A stretch of DNA of 63,789 nt, counting the filler, from Reclinomonas americana ATCC 50394 (lineage: Eukaryota): assembly GCA_048213135.1 (NCBI GenBank). It is 6 parts of 3 records of this genome, joined end to end, with 100 filler letters (N's around TTAATTAATTAA, not from the genome) between each part and the next. Parts side by side here need not be neighbours in the genome. Positions count along the whole stretch, not along the records: positions 1 to 23,250 come from PS015032.1; 5 more parts are not named here. One strand, given 5' to 3'. The position numbers and the translations under genes were made by a program. The notes below the pieces were generated by a model. The model was given only the letters and a program-made list of their open reading frames with translations. It was not told where the DNA came from and made no database searches. Below are positions 1 to 11,789 of this stretch, piece after piece. The first letter of the stretch is position 1. Each line of letters begins with the position of its first letter.

Positions 1-126
<126 letters not shown>

Positions 127-132
127 GTGCAG

Positions 133-1213
133 TCGATTGTGCCGCTGCCGAATGTGGAGACGGCCATTCTGCGCTTGGTGGTGCTGTTCATGACGTATCA
201 CCACAGGTTCCCAATGCCGGTGCGTGATCAGAGGAGAAGGGAGAGGAGAGAGAGAGAATGGATGCCGGGTTGCTGGTTGTCTGGATTCCAAGGCGCCTTG
301 GGATGCCAGCCGCTGCTCTTGTGAAGCTTTTCAAGGAGCATTGTTGTCTGTCTCGCAAGGAGCCTCGTTGTCTGTCTCGCAAGGGCTCTTTGACTGTCTC
401 GCAAGGCCTCTTTGGCTGTCTCACTCAGGAGCCTTGCCTCGTTGTCTGTCTCCCAAGGAGCCTCTTTGACAGTCTCGTTCTCCCTCTCTTCGTCTCGTCA
501 GAATCCTCTTCCCGTATCCGGTCTCTCGTTCACACTCGCTCTTTTCTCAGTTCGCCATGCCCCTTTGTGCATTCCTTCATATCTCGTCTTCTCGGTTGTC
601 TTCCTCGACTCAGCACAAGAAGCATTGTTGTGTTCTTGGTCCGTCTGTCCACTTTTTGCAAGAAACTTGATTGCCGCACTGCGTGCCGTCTCCTCCGCTC
701 TTCGCTTTCTACGTCTCGCAATGCATTCTGCCCTGCCTTATCTCGTCGTGAGTTCTCTTTTTCTGTTCCATTGTTCTCGTCTCGCTGTCCCTGCCTTGAT
801 CTCGTCGTCAGTGCTCTTTTGCTCTTTCATCCTTCCCGGTGCCCTCACACCCTCTTCCCCCCGCCACCGCAGGAAATCGAACGACCTCTGAAGAAGAGCA
901 TTGAGCAAATACTTGAGCCGTTCGACCTGGCCTTCCTGCAGGTGGACTCGATGACTCTCTTCAAGCTGGTGCTGGCCGCCAACTACCTCGACTGTGGCGA
1001 CTTGCTGGCACTGACCTGCGCCAAGATCGTGTCAATGATCAAGGTCTGTGTGTGTGCGTGTGATTCCCGACGCAGGCAAGTGCTGCTCTCTTACTCGCCA
1101 CGCTGCAGGGCAAGACACCGGAGCAAATCAAGGACATTTTCAGCGTGGCGCAGTTCACGGCAGAGGAGGGTGCGGCCATTCGCGAGGAGGGCAGACTCGG
1201 CGAGGACTCGTGA
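133..1213 (+). CDS. SKP1: SKP1 family SCF adaptor, 5' part outside window; exons 133-219, 873-1043, 1109-1213
   Basis: Spliced peptide IVPLPNVETAILRLVV..HH / EIERPL..LFKLVLAANYLDCGDLLALTCAKIVSMIK / GKTPEQIKDIFS..FTAEE* matches the Skp1 POZ and dimerisation motifs; GT-AG introns in phase. Confidence 0.92.
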
Positions 1214-1469
1214 GCGACGATGNNNNNNNNNNNNNNNNNNNNAGAGAGAGAGAGAGACTGCAACGAAAGTCAGCACAATAATCCAAGAAAGCGGCGTGGC
1301 TCCCCTCCATTTATCTCCTTCTGCCCCCTTCAAGACACACACGCGCATCGAAAGAGAGCGGCACAGAGCCACAACAATACGTCCACTATGGACAGCACAG
1401 TAACACAGTCGGTGAAGCAAGAGACATGTCACCCTAATCCTTCCCCTTTCCCTGCCCCTCCTCTGCCGC

Positions 1470-2062
1470 AACTCCACTCCTCCACCATATCGGCCGTGAT
1501 CTTGCCATTGCCTCCCATCCAATCGTCACCCGTGGGTCCACTGATGGTGTAAAACACCGTGAACCGACCCTTGTACATGGTCGCCAGCTGCTCGAGTTCC
1601 GCATGCAGGAGGATCTCGTCGACACTGACATTGGCCGAGATCATGGTGATCGCCGTGTGCTCCTCCGGATTGCCGAGGATCGCCACCGCCATCTGGAACA
1701 TCGGCAACACACCGGTGCCGGCGGCCAGCATCCCGATGCGTCGCCACCGGTTCGGCACAATCGGCATCTTCTGCAGCGGACCGCGCAGCGTGATGCAGTC
1801 GCCAATCGCCAGCGAGTGGATGTGATTGCTCATGAGACCTGTGTGCGAGCGTGGTGAGGGAATGAGCGAGCAGTCAGCGCAAGGCGACCACCGCACCGTG
1901 CTCGTATCGCTTGACAACCAGCACGAAGAAGCCGAGAACGTCGTCGCGACTGGCGAGCATACACAGGTGAGCAGATGATAACAACAACATCGGTGGCAGT
2001 GAGGAGACAAGGGCGCACCTCACGGGTGTGTATGGACGAATGACATCGGCGCCTGTGGGCAG
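1470..2062 (-). CDS. NADH-cytochrome b5 reductase family flavoprotein (partial, multi-exon)
   Basis: Exons give VIRPYTPVS / RDDVLGFFVLVVKRYEH / GLMSNHIHSLAIGD..LRGP..IGMLAAGTGVLPMFQ: the RxYTP FAD motif and GxGxxP NADH motif. The N-terminus and the C-terminal CGP motif were not found (gaps on both sides). Confidence 0.85.
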
Positions 2063-2104
2063 TGCGAGTCAGCACAAGAAGTCGTCAGTGATGTGCCCTT
2101 GTGT

Positions 2105-2243
<139 letters not shown>

Positions 2244-2699
2244 NNNNNNNNNNNNNNNNNNNNCTGTCAACGGATCCGGATCGGCCTCACCAACAACAAC
2301 CACTCGACTGCACCTCAGCTCCTTCCCGGACTTCCTTGCACGTTGCCTGGCTCTGTTGGTTTTCCCTATGTGTTCTGACACCAACTCCTCTTGCTATCTT
2401 TCTCGTTTCCTTTGTGGAATTCGGCCTCAAATCCATGCCAGTCATGAGCCGTGGTTTCTCTTGCAGAAACGCCAGCATTAGCCATCTCGACTTTTTCTCG
2501 CTTTTTTTTTTCGTGATGTCTGAGGTTCTGGTGCTCACTCAAGATGGTGATCATCATGCAGCTGTGTTGCTGTTTGGATTGGTAAAGTTGTTGTTGTTGT
2601 TGTTGTAATACTTCTCTTTACGATAGCTGTACACAAACACTCTCCCCCCTTCTCCCCTTGCCACCCTTCCGCCCTTCTCCCCCTCCCCCTTTCCCCTCC

Positions 2700-4452
2700 T
2701 CAGTCCATGCGAAACACATCATGCAGCACATCCACCATCCGCGGCGGGTTGCTGAAGCGGCACGCCGGGTGCGGGCACGCCACAAACAATCCAGCATTGC
2801 CGTTTCCGCCCGCCGCCTGCGCCGCCCGCGCACTCTGCAGGCACGACTGGTAGAAGCACGAGCGGCAAGTCGGAATGTGTCCGCAGTCGCCAAACCACAC
2901 AGCCGGCATGTTGACCCTGCACACCAAGCAAGCGTCGGCCACCGACCGCGACTCCTCCTCCGGCATGGCAAGTTCCACATTGGTGCGCAGCAAGCTCTGT
3001 GACAGACGAGGGTGAGCAATTACGCAGACGGCTCGTGTTCCCCTCTCACACCCACCAAAATGTTGTCGATCCGGTCGACCGGGTTGTCAAAGTGCTGCGG
3101 AGGTGGTGGCGGAGGCGGTGGCTGCTGCTGCGGCTGCGGCTGCGGCTGTTGGCGACGAGGCTGCAAATCGGCGTCGTCCATGTTATCCACATCAACAACC
3201 GACTGTCGAGAAGACGGTCGGGAGTGGGACGGTGACCCGCGTCCGGTCGCGCCTGCCAACGAGTGGAACTGGTTGGGCGGCGGCGGTCCAGCAACGTGCA
3301 CTGACGGAGGACGCGGTGGATCCAGGGGCACGTGTGGCGACGGCGGTGGCCTGCAACCGGACTCGGGCGCCTGTGTCTTGGATCCAGAACGCGACACGAG
3401 GGCGCACAGTGTGGACAGCAACACACCAGAGACCAGCGGAACGGTGAGCCACGTCAATTGCACCTGCTTCCACGAGCCGTCGTGCGCCACAATCACCAGC
3501 AGGAACAGCATGCCGAAAAGAGCGCCGTATCCAGTGCTCAGCGCCCACGGACGAGCGGCAGAGTTCACCTGTGCATTTCAAGTCAGCAGCCAACAGAGAG
3601 GCAGACCCGCAGAGCAACGAACGCAACGCGGCTGAGAAGGCGCAGGAGGTTGATGTGCGCCACGGTGAGACCAAAGCCGACCACCGCGCCGAGAGTGGCC
3701 CACATCGCCCAGGTCAGCGCGGGTACCGGTGCGCGATGCACGAAGCGCTCCACCAGCAACATCGCGACGGCAATCGCCGCACCGCCGCACGCACCAATGG
3801 TCCACACGGAGGACGGAGGGGCAGGCAGCAGTCGTCCGACGCCCTCGAACTGCACCACGGGTACACTGTCAAGCACGAACTGGACAACGATGATGAAACA
3901 CACCACTCACATGACGAACGATCCACGCCGCCACAATCGCGCCAACGACCACCGCCACGACAGGCCACGCGCAGGTGGACCAGGGCGCCGGCATCGTCGT
4001 CGTCGTCGTCGTCGTCGAGCCACGAGTGGCGTGGAAGAGCGCGCAGATGACGAGCGCGAGTCCGGCGGCGAAACGCGCTGCCAGCCACGTTTCACTGCTG
4101 GCAGTGCCACTCGTCGAGACCGCGTTCGAGGCCTTGGCCTTTGCCTCGTCCAGGTTGAACGTCTGTCACGCAGAGAGGGAGGAGGAGAAACGTCATGACA
4201 CAGCAAGCACAGGGGCGGAGGAGAGGCAGCGCAAACCGTCGACGATCGGTTCCACTTGCTCATCAGCCACGACAACACAACACAGGCCATCGCCATGGCC
4301 ACGACATATCCGATCACCGATGCATGCACCGGCTCCACCTCCGCAGCCAGCGAGTGCGTAAGTCCATCGTTACATAGCAGCAGTTGATCCGTGCCACACA
4401 TTCTCAGCTCTCCACGGGAGGAAGCAAAAGACGACGATGCCGGAAATGCCAT
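2700..4452 (-). CDS. Multi-pass membrane protein with C-terminal RING-HC finger (putative E3 ligase); start uncertain
   Basis: Last exon CLVC..DCGHIPTCRSC..CPHPAC (C3HC4 pattern); upstream exons at 3400-3910 and 4250-4330 encode several hydrophobic helices; Pro/Gln linker. Confidence 0.7.
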
Positions 4453-4648
4453 TCACACCATCGTCAGATGACAACGAAACCAACCAGCGTGACAGGTTTG
4501 TTGCGTGCGCCCCGGCAAAATGGGGCAGGTGCGGATATATACACGCACACACAGAGAGAAAAGAGAGAGAGACTCACATGGCCAGCACGCATAGCGCGCG
4601 CGAAATGGAGAGTGTTGGGCGCGAAATTTTCCGATTGCGTGTTCGGAA

Positions 4649-6629
4649 ATGGCCTTTGTGGCGCTGGGCATTGACGAGGATCACTCTCTGCGCTCGCACG
4701 TGTTCCCGACTCCGCATCCCGAGTGTCCTGCACGACTGCGCGACGCGTGGGAGCATCTGACGCACACCGACGTCGATTGCATCGCTGCATGCACGTTGCG
4801 CATTGTTCCCCCGAGTCTCTGTCTCTCTTGTGCTCCTCTCTCATGTGCCCGCTGCAGACGAGTGCCCGTGACACCATGCACGCGCGATGATCTGCTTCTC
4901 GCGCACACCGACGAATACATCAGCGCTCTGGAGGAATACATTGCAGGGCGAGGTTGTATCTCTCTCGTGTGCTTGTGTTTCCTTGCTCTCACTGAGAGAC
5001 ACTACTAGGTCCGTCGCCACTCACTCCCGACACGTTTGCCGTGGCGGACTCGATGGAAGCGGTGCAGGCGGCCACTGGATGCGCGCTCAGTGTCATTCGC
5101 GAGGCCTGCAGACGCAAGGGCCATGGAGTGGCGTTGCTGCGGCCGCCGGGACATCATGCGACTGCCTCACGTGGCATGTTGCGCGTGGGCGGGGCGGGGT
5201 GCAGTAGTGGTGGAGGGCATGAGTGGTGTGCTGACTTGCGCTTCGTCGCAGGGGTTTCTGCTTGGTGAATCACGTGGCGGTGGCGGCGCGAGTGGCGCAG
5301 CGCGAGTTGGGCTGTCAGCGAGTGGCGATTGTTGACTGGGATATCCACCATGGGAATGGCACGCAGGATATCTTTTACGACGATCGCTCGGTGCTGTTTG
5401 TGTCCACGCATCGGTCTGACAATCGGTGGTGGTGAGGCGGTTGAGGGAAGCAGGGTGTGTTTGGAGCGATGAAGCTCACGCGTAACGTGCGCAGGTATCC
5501 GGGCACTGGGCACCACGAGGAGACTGGCGGTGACGAGGCACGCGGCTTCACGGTCAACTGTCCGCTGCTGCCGGTCAACGAGGAGCTGATGCACACGCCG
5601 GCGTTTGGCGACGCGGACTTCTTCGAGGTTGCGTTCGTTCCTGTTCACGTTGCTTTCCCCTCGCTCTCTCACTCCCCCGAGTGCAGATATTCGAGCGTCT
5701 CGTGCTGCCGGTGCTGCGTGACTTCCAGCCCGACTTGGTTCTCTGCTCGGCAGGCTTTGATGCAGCTGCTGGTGATCCGATTGGCCATCAGCGCGTGTCG
5801 GCCGCCGGTTTCGGCGTGCTCACCTGCATGCTGCGGCATTATCGCACCTGGCCGTCTGTCGATGCCAGCAACAGCACGCCGGTGCGTTGGTGGCATCCGC
5901 GTGTATGTGCGCGCTTGTTCTCACTTGCTGGTCGCAGTTGGTCCTCGTGCTGGAGGGCGGCTACTCGGGCGCCATCATTGGTGACTGTGTAGGGCGGTGT
6001 CTGGAGGCACTACTCGCTGCTGGCGATGAGTTGCCACACGCTAGTACGCTGGAGAATCGCCGCTGTTGCGTCGGTGTTCATCATGTATTGCTGGCCAGTC
6101 GTCGACGCTCATTCACACGCAGGCTCACCGCTGACACTGCCGACGCTGGCCAAGTGCCACACGTTCCACGTCCCGTACTGGCGCTCGCTGGAGACTCATC
6201 AGGAGCACGTCGGTACGTATGCAGTCGCAAAAGAGTGCCGACCCCGCACTTCATCTCAAATCCTCCTCCCCTCCCGCAGCTCGTGAACTGGCGACTCGCA
6301 AGTGCGACTGGGAAGCCTACTGGCAGTGGGTGGAGCGCACGTTTCCCTCACTGGTGGGCGACGATCTCCTGCACTCGAACCTCTACCAGCACACGTCGCT
6401 GGCGCAGTACCTGCACAGGGGTGGCCTGGTGCACTTGCGCGTCGGTGCCGACTGGGTGCATGCGGTGATTGTCGACGTGCGTGAGTCCGAATACCGCTGT
6501 AAGGTGGACAGGGAGGAGGCGGAGGAAGAGGGTGAGTGGGTGCCACTTCAGCGCTTGTGCAAGCGGCCATTTGTGATTGGCATGCGTGTCGACATGGCCA
6601 CCGGAGCGCTGTCGTATGTAAAGTCATAG
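4649..6629 (+). CDS. Class II-type histone deacetylase with C-terminal Tudor/chromo-barrel-like extension (multi-exon)
   Basis: [61 protein letters not shown] and LEGGY motifs occur in order across GT-AG-bounded exons; stop at 6627-6629. Confidence 0.92.
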
Positions 6630-6648
6630 TAAACAGCATGGATACTCT

Positions 6649-8449
6649 CTATGCCGCGGGCTTATACTTGACAGAGTGCTCGTGCACAATATCACGGGCG
6701 CACTTGGCCAGCGACTGCAGTTCTTCCTTGCTGGCCGTGCCGACACCGCGCCATCTGCCACTGGATGTGTGAGGACGAGTCGGGGAGCGCTCTCTCTCAA
6801 TCTCTCACTTCCATTCTCACACTTCCGCTCTCTCGCTGTCGCTCTCTTGCTGTCGCTCTCTCGCTTGTCGCTCTCTCGCTTCCGCTCTCTCGCTTGTCGC
6901 TCTCTCGCTTCCGCTCTCTCGCTTGTCGCTCTCTCGCTTCCGCTCTCTCGCTTGTCGCTCTCTCGCTTGTCGCTCTCTCGCTTGTCGCTCTCTCGCTTGT
7001 CGCTCTCTCGCTTCCGCTCTCTCGCTTGTCGCTCTCTCGCTTGTCGCTCTCTCGCTTGTCGCTCTCTCGCTTGTCGCTCTCTCGCTTGTCGCTCTCTCGC
7101 TTGTCGCTCTCTCGCTTGTCGCTCTCTCGCTTGTCGCTCTCTCGCTTGTCGCTCTCTCGCTTGTCGCTCTCTCGCTTGTCGCTCTCTCGCTTGTCGCTCT
7201 CTCGCTTGTCGCTCTCCCGCTTCCGCTCTCCCGCTTCCGCTCTCCCGCTTCCGCTCTCCCGCTTCCGCTCTCCCGCTTCCGCTCTCCCGCTTGTCGCTCT
7301 CCCGCTTGTCGCTCTCCCGCTTGTCGCTCTCTCGCTTCCGCTCTCTCGCTTCCGCTCTCCCGCTTCCGCTCTCCCGCTTCCGCTCCCCCGCTTCCGCTCT
7401 CCCGCTTCCGCTCTCCCGCTTCCGCTCTCTCGCTTTCGCTCTCTCGCTTCCGCTCTCCCGCTTCCGCTCTCCCGCTTCCGCTCTCCCGCTTCCGCTCTCC
7501 CGCTTGTCGCTCTCCCGCTTCCGCTCTCCCGCTTGTCGCTCTCCCGCTTCCGCTCTCCCGCTTCCGCTCTCCCGCTTCCGCTCTCTCGCTTCCGCTCTCC
7601 CGCTTCCGCTCTCCCGCTTCCGCTCTCCCGCTTGTCGCTCTCTCGCTTGTCGCTCTCCCGCTTCCGCTCTCCCGCTTCCGCTCTCCCGCTTCCGCTCTCT
7701 CGCTTGTCGCTCTCTCGCTTGTCGCTCTCTCGCTTCCGCTCTCTCGCTTCCGCTCTCTCGCTTGTCGCTCTCTCGCTTGTCGCTCTCTCGCTTCCGCTCT
7801 CTCGCTTCCGCTCTCTCGCTTGTCGCTCTCCCGCTTCCGCTCTCTCGCTGTCGCTCTCCTCTCTCTGTGCACGCTTACCTCACGAGGCCCGCATCGTCGA
7901 CCAGCAGCGCGTAGCAAGTGAACCGATTCAAGAGGCGCAACGGGCGACGCAGTGCATCCGTGTCGCCGAAGTAGACCAGCCGGTGATCCAAGCGATCCGG
8001 TGGACACGCGCGTCGCAAGCTGCTCTGCACCATGCCCCTCAACATTGTTCGCACCAGTCGGCCCTCCACCACCGACACCTCATACAGCTGCACTTGTGGC
8101 GTGCCACGGAACTCCTCCAGGAAAGGCTCGGTCCACGACTTGATGAATTGCTGCGGATACGTTATTCCACGTCAGCGCCCATTCCTTCCCACACCTCCCC
8201 ACTCTCTCTATCCACGCGACTGTGGCGTACTCGCGGAATGCGACGACCACCAGCGTGGCGCGCGCATCAAAGACCTTGCCGTCGAGAAGCACATCCTCGC
8301 CACGCAGCGAGCGACACAGAATCGAGGGGAACGACGGCGCCACGGTCACCGGCAGCAGCTTGTCCTCCGACGGGGGCGCCACGCGGCCGTCGGGATGCTT
8401 GTTGATCTCGTGCACGTCGGCAAAGTAGCCGCGGGAGAGCTCGTCTTCC
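6649..8449 (-). CDS. ATP10: Mitochondrial ATP synthase assembly factor ATP10, exon 2 to last exon
   Basis: EDELSRGYFADVHEI, TLVVVAFRE, QLYEVSVVEG, LNRFTCYALLVDDAGLVR|WRGVGTASKEEL match ATP10 motifs (GYFAD; LVD..G.VRW.G.G.A..EE); last intron 6755-7878. Confidence 0.85.
6822..7856. repeat. 14/15-bp minisatellite (CTTGTCGCTCTCTCG / CTTCCGCTCTC(T/C)CG) filling the last ATP10 intron
   Basis: About 1 kb of tandem units with interspersed variants. Confidence 0.95.
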
Positions 8450-8455
8450 CTACCA

Positions 8456-8525
8456 GGGGAAGGGGAAGGGGAAGGGGAAGGGGAAGGGGAAGGGGAAGGG
8501 GAAGGGGAAATGAGGGGAAGGGAAG
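8456..8525. repeat. (GGGGAA)n hexamer run
   Basis: Direct inspection; its complement forms the polypyrimidine tract of the ATP10 exon-2 acceptor. Confidence 0.85.
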
Positions 8526-8629
8526 GCAGTGTTAGCGAGAATGGAGAACGACAAGAGACAGAATGCTCCCTGGAATGCCAAGAATACAACAGGGGCACAA
8601 GGAAGAGACAGCAAGACTTAAGGCAATGA

Positions 8630-9217
8630 TAGCGAGGAGAGGAGAAGGAGAAGGCAAGAATGCAAGCTGGAAGGCCAAGGAAGGAAAGGCAGTGCGATGC
8701 AACTAAAGCTCAACACGACAGACCGCGAGGCCCATCAAGTCAAGAAAGATGAGAAGAGAAGAACAAGAGACAGAATGCATTGTTGGGAAGACCACGAGTG
8801 GAAGCTGACAGAACACAAGACTGAAGGCACGAGAAGGAGAAGGCAAGAATGCAAGCTGGCAGACCAAGGGAGGCATTGGAATGCAACCAGAGAGGCTGCG
8901 AGGTATGAACATGAGACTGAAGGCATCTCAAGGAGAACAGAATGCAAGAGGCAATGCATCCTCTGATGGCCCCGGGTTCAAGACGAGTGGAAGCTTGATG
9001 CAACTGGAGGCACCAGACTGAACACAAGACTGAGGGCACGAGAAAGAGAAGGCAAGAATGCAAGCTGGCAGACCAAGGCAGGAAGTGCGATGCAACTGAA
9101 GCTCAACAAGACAGACCGCGAGGCCAAGAAAGAACGAGAAGAGACGAACAAGAGGCAGAATGTATCTTGGGAAGGCCACGAATGCCAGACGAGCGGAAGC
9201 GAGATGCAACAAGAACA
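8630..9217 (-). repeat. Degenerate copies of the ~181-bp intronic satellite
   Basis: Reverse complement matches the unit at 10981-11161 (e.g. GAGAAGGAGAAGGCAAGAATGCAAGCTGG, ATGAGACTGAAGGCATC). Confidence 0.8.
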
Positions 9218-10059
9218 CNNNNNNNNNNNNNNNNNNNNNNNNNNNNNNNNNNNNNNNNNNNNNNNNNNNNNNNNNNNNNNNNNNNNNNNNNNNNNNNNNN
9301 NNNNNNNNNNNNNNNNNNNNNNNNNNNNNNNNNNNNNNNNNNNNNNNNNNNNNNNNNNNNNNNNNNNNNNNNNNNNNNNNNNNNNNNNNNNNNNNNNNNN
9401 NNNNNNNNNNNNNNNNNNNNNNNNNNNNNNNNNNNNNNNNNNNNNNNNNNNNNNNNNNNNNNNNNNNNNNNNNNNNNNNNNNNNNNNNNNNNNNNNNNNN
9501 NNNNNNNNNNNNNNNNNNNNNNNNNNNNNNNNNNNNNNNNNNNNNNNNNNNNNNNNNNNNNNNNNNNNNNNNNNNNNNNNNNNNNNNNNNNNNNNNNNNN
9601 NNNNNNNNNNNNNNNNNNNNNNNNNNNNNNNNNNNNNNNNNNNNNNNNNNNNNNNNNNNNNNNNNNNNNNNNNNNNNNNNNNNNNNNNNNNNNNNNNNNN
9701 NNNNNNNNNNNNNNNNNNNNNNNNNNNNNNNNNNNNNNNNNNNNNNNNNNNNNNNNNNNNNNNNNNNNNNNNNNNNNNNNNNNNNNNNNNNNNNNNNNNN
9801 NNNNNNNNNNNNNNNNNNNNNNNNNNNNNNNNNNNNNNNNNNNNNNNNNNNNNNNNNNNNAGGAGGAGGAGAAGAAGAAGAAAGAAGAAGAAAGAAGAAC
9901 AAGAACAAGAAGAAGAACAAGAAGAGGAAGAAGAAGAAGGAAGAAGAGACGAAGGAGGAGGAAGAAGAGACGAAGGAGGGGGAGGAATTGAAGAAGAAGG
10001 AGGGGAGGAAGAAGAAGAAGAGGAGAGAGAGAGAAGAGTCAATAAGTCAACAGTTTGAG

Positions 10060-10340
10060 TGATCACACTCAATGCATGCATCGATCCGCAACGATCCCGA
10101 GATAGTGACTGCATCAGAGGTGCCACTGCGCACCGCAAGAGGCTTGAAAGAGAACACCAGCGCACCTGTGCGACACACAATGAGAGAGCGAGACACACAC
10201 ACACACACTCGCGTGTCCGATCACTCACCACTCGTCACCAACGGGCACACCAGCACAACCAACAACAAGCACACATGCACACAAAGTGCACTGGAGGGCA
10301 GCAGCAGCAGATCGCACACACGCGCTCTCCCTCTCCTCAT
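10060..10340 (-). CDS. Probable first two exons (signal peptide and start of an Ig-like module) of the lectin gene, in an inverted segment
   Basis: MRRGRARVCDLLLLPSSALCVHVCLLLVVLVCPLVTSG|ALVFSFKPLAVRSGTSDAVTISG resembles module starts in the + strand gene at 11790-16980 (VFSFSPLFV..AITITS). Confidence 0.55.
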
Positions 10341-10619
10341 CACAAACAACAGAAACAAATGTCCAGGGGTCGGGGGGACACGAGGACACCCCTTTTTTTT
10401 TTACCCATTGGGGGATCGCGAGAGAAATTTTTTGGGGGAACGGGACTTTTTAACGGTGGGCGCCTGTGCAAGTCGGACGTGCACAGGTTGCGAGACCTGT
10501 TGAGGGTTGGGGGACACCTCCGAAACGAGGTGAAAAAATGGGGGACAGTGACAATTCTGGGCGAGCCAAAAAGGTTGCGCCCCCTTCCCCCCTATGTCCT
10601 GCTGTTTCCTATCGTTTTC

Positions 10620-10798
10620 ATGCTGTTCTCTGTGCGCCGAACGCTTCCATTGGCGTCGTTGTTTGTGTGTGCAAGTAGTCATAAGGCGAATGTGGTGAAG
10701 TCGGCGGTGGTTGCGGTGCAGCAGCAACAGCAACAGCGACGATTGTTCTTCAAGGATGTGTTTAGTAAGGAGCGCGCGGAGGAGCGCAGGAAGCGATT
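10620..10798 (+). CDS. ATP10: Probable ATP10 exon 1 (mitochondrial presequence), in an inverted segment
   Basis: MLFSVRRTLPLASL..RRLFFKDVFSKERAEERRKRL joins in phase 2 to (G)GAAGACGAG at 8449, giving EERRKRLEDELSRGYFAD, the conserved ATP10 helix. Confidence 0.7.
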
Positions 10799-10861
10799 GT
10801 TGAGTGAGAGAGAGGGAGGGAGGAGGGAGGGAGAGAGATGAGTTGCATTCACAAGTCAATG

Positions 10862-11355
10862 CTGCATTGTGCCTCTTGCATTGCGAGCTTCTGATGCCTT
10901 CAGTCTCATGTTTGTTCCTCTCACTCTGACTCCAATGCCTTCCTTGGCCTTCCAGCTTGCATTCTTGCCTTCTCCTTCTCATGCCTTCAGTCTTGTGTTC
11001 AAGCTTCCACTCGTCTTGAATCAGGGGCCTTCAGAGGATGCATTGCCTCTTGCATTCTGTTCTCTTTCTGATGCCTTCAGTCTCATGTTCATTCCTCGCA
11101 GCCTCTCTGACTCCAATGCCTTCCTTGGCCTTCCTGCTTGCATTCTTGCCTTCTCCTTCTCATGCCTTCAGTCTTGTGTTCAAGCTTCCACTCGTCTTGA
11201 ATCAGGGGCCTTCAGAGGATGCATTGCCTCTTGCATTCTGTTCTCTTTCTGATGCCTTCAGTCTCATGTTCATTCCTCGCAGCCTCTCTGACTCCAATGC
11301 CTTCCTTGGCCTTCCAGCTTGCATTCTTGCCTTCTCCTTCTCATGCCTTCAGTCT
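10862..11355 (+). repeat. 181-bp tandem satellite (about 2.7 copies before the gap)
   Basis: ATGCCTTCAGTCTTGTGTTCAAGCTTCC starts at 10981 and 11162, with a third start at 11343. Confidence 0.9.
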
Positions 11356-11610
11356 TNNNNNNNNNNNNNNNNNNNNNNNNNNNNNNNNNNNNNNNNNNNN
11401 NNNNNNNNNNNNNNNNNNNNNNNNNNNNNNNNNNNNNNNNNNNNNNNNNNNNNNNNNNNNNNNNNNNNNNNNNNNNNNNNNNNNNNNNNNNNNNNNNNNN
11501 NNNNNNNNNNNNNNNNNNNNNNNNNNNNNNNNNNNNNNNNNNNNNNNNNNNNNNNNNNNNNNNNNNNNNNNNNNNNNNNNNNNNNNNNNNNNNNNNNNNN
11601 NNNNNNNNNN

Positions 11611-11642
<32 letters not shown>

Positions 11643-11789
11643 GGAGAGACAAAGAGACGGAAGTCGTAGCGCCGCAGAGCTCGGGTGTCGATTCATCTTT
11701 GAGAGAGAGAGAAATGAAGCAGAGCTCGGCTGTCGCTTCGCATCCAATCCGATTGACACCGAGGGTCGACATCCTTTGTTGATTTCCAC

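Noticed and set aside
2264-2608. ORFs between the reductase and RING genes
   Set aside because: No recognisable motif or clear splice structure; probably UTR or intergenic.
6676-8405. Long ORFs (412, 546, 396, 332 aa) of SLALP/SERAT repeats
   Set aside because: Translations of the intronic minisatellite; the flanking ATP10 exons splice across it in frame.
8630-11355. Terminal inverted repeats of a transposon
   Set aside because: The inverted copies are better explained as one intronic satellite split by a flipped contig; no transposase or TSD seen.
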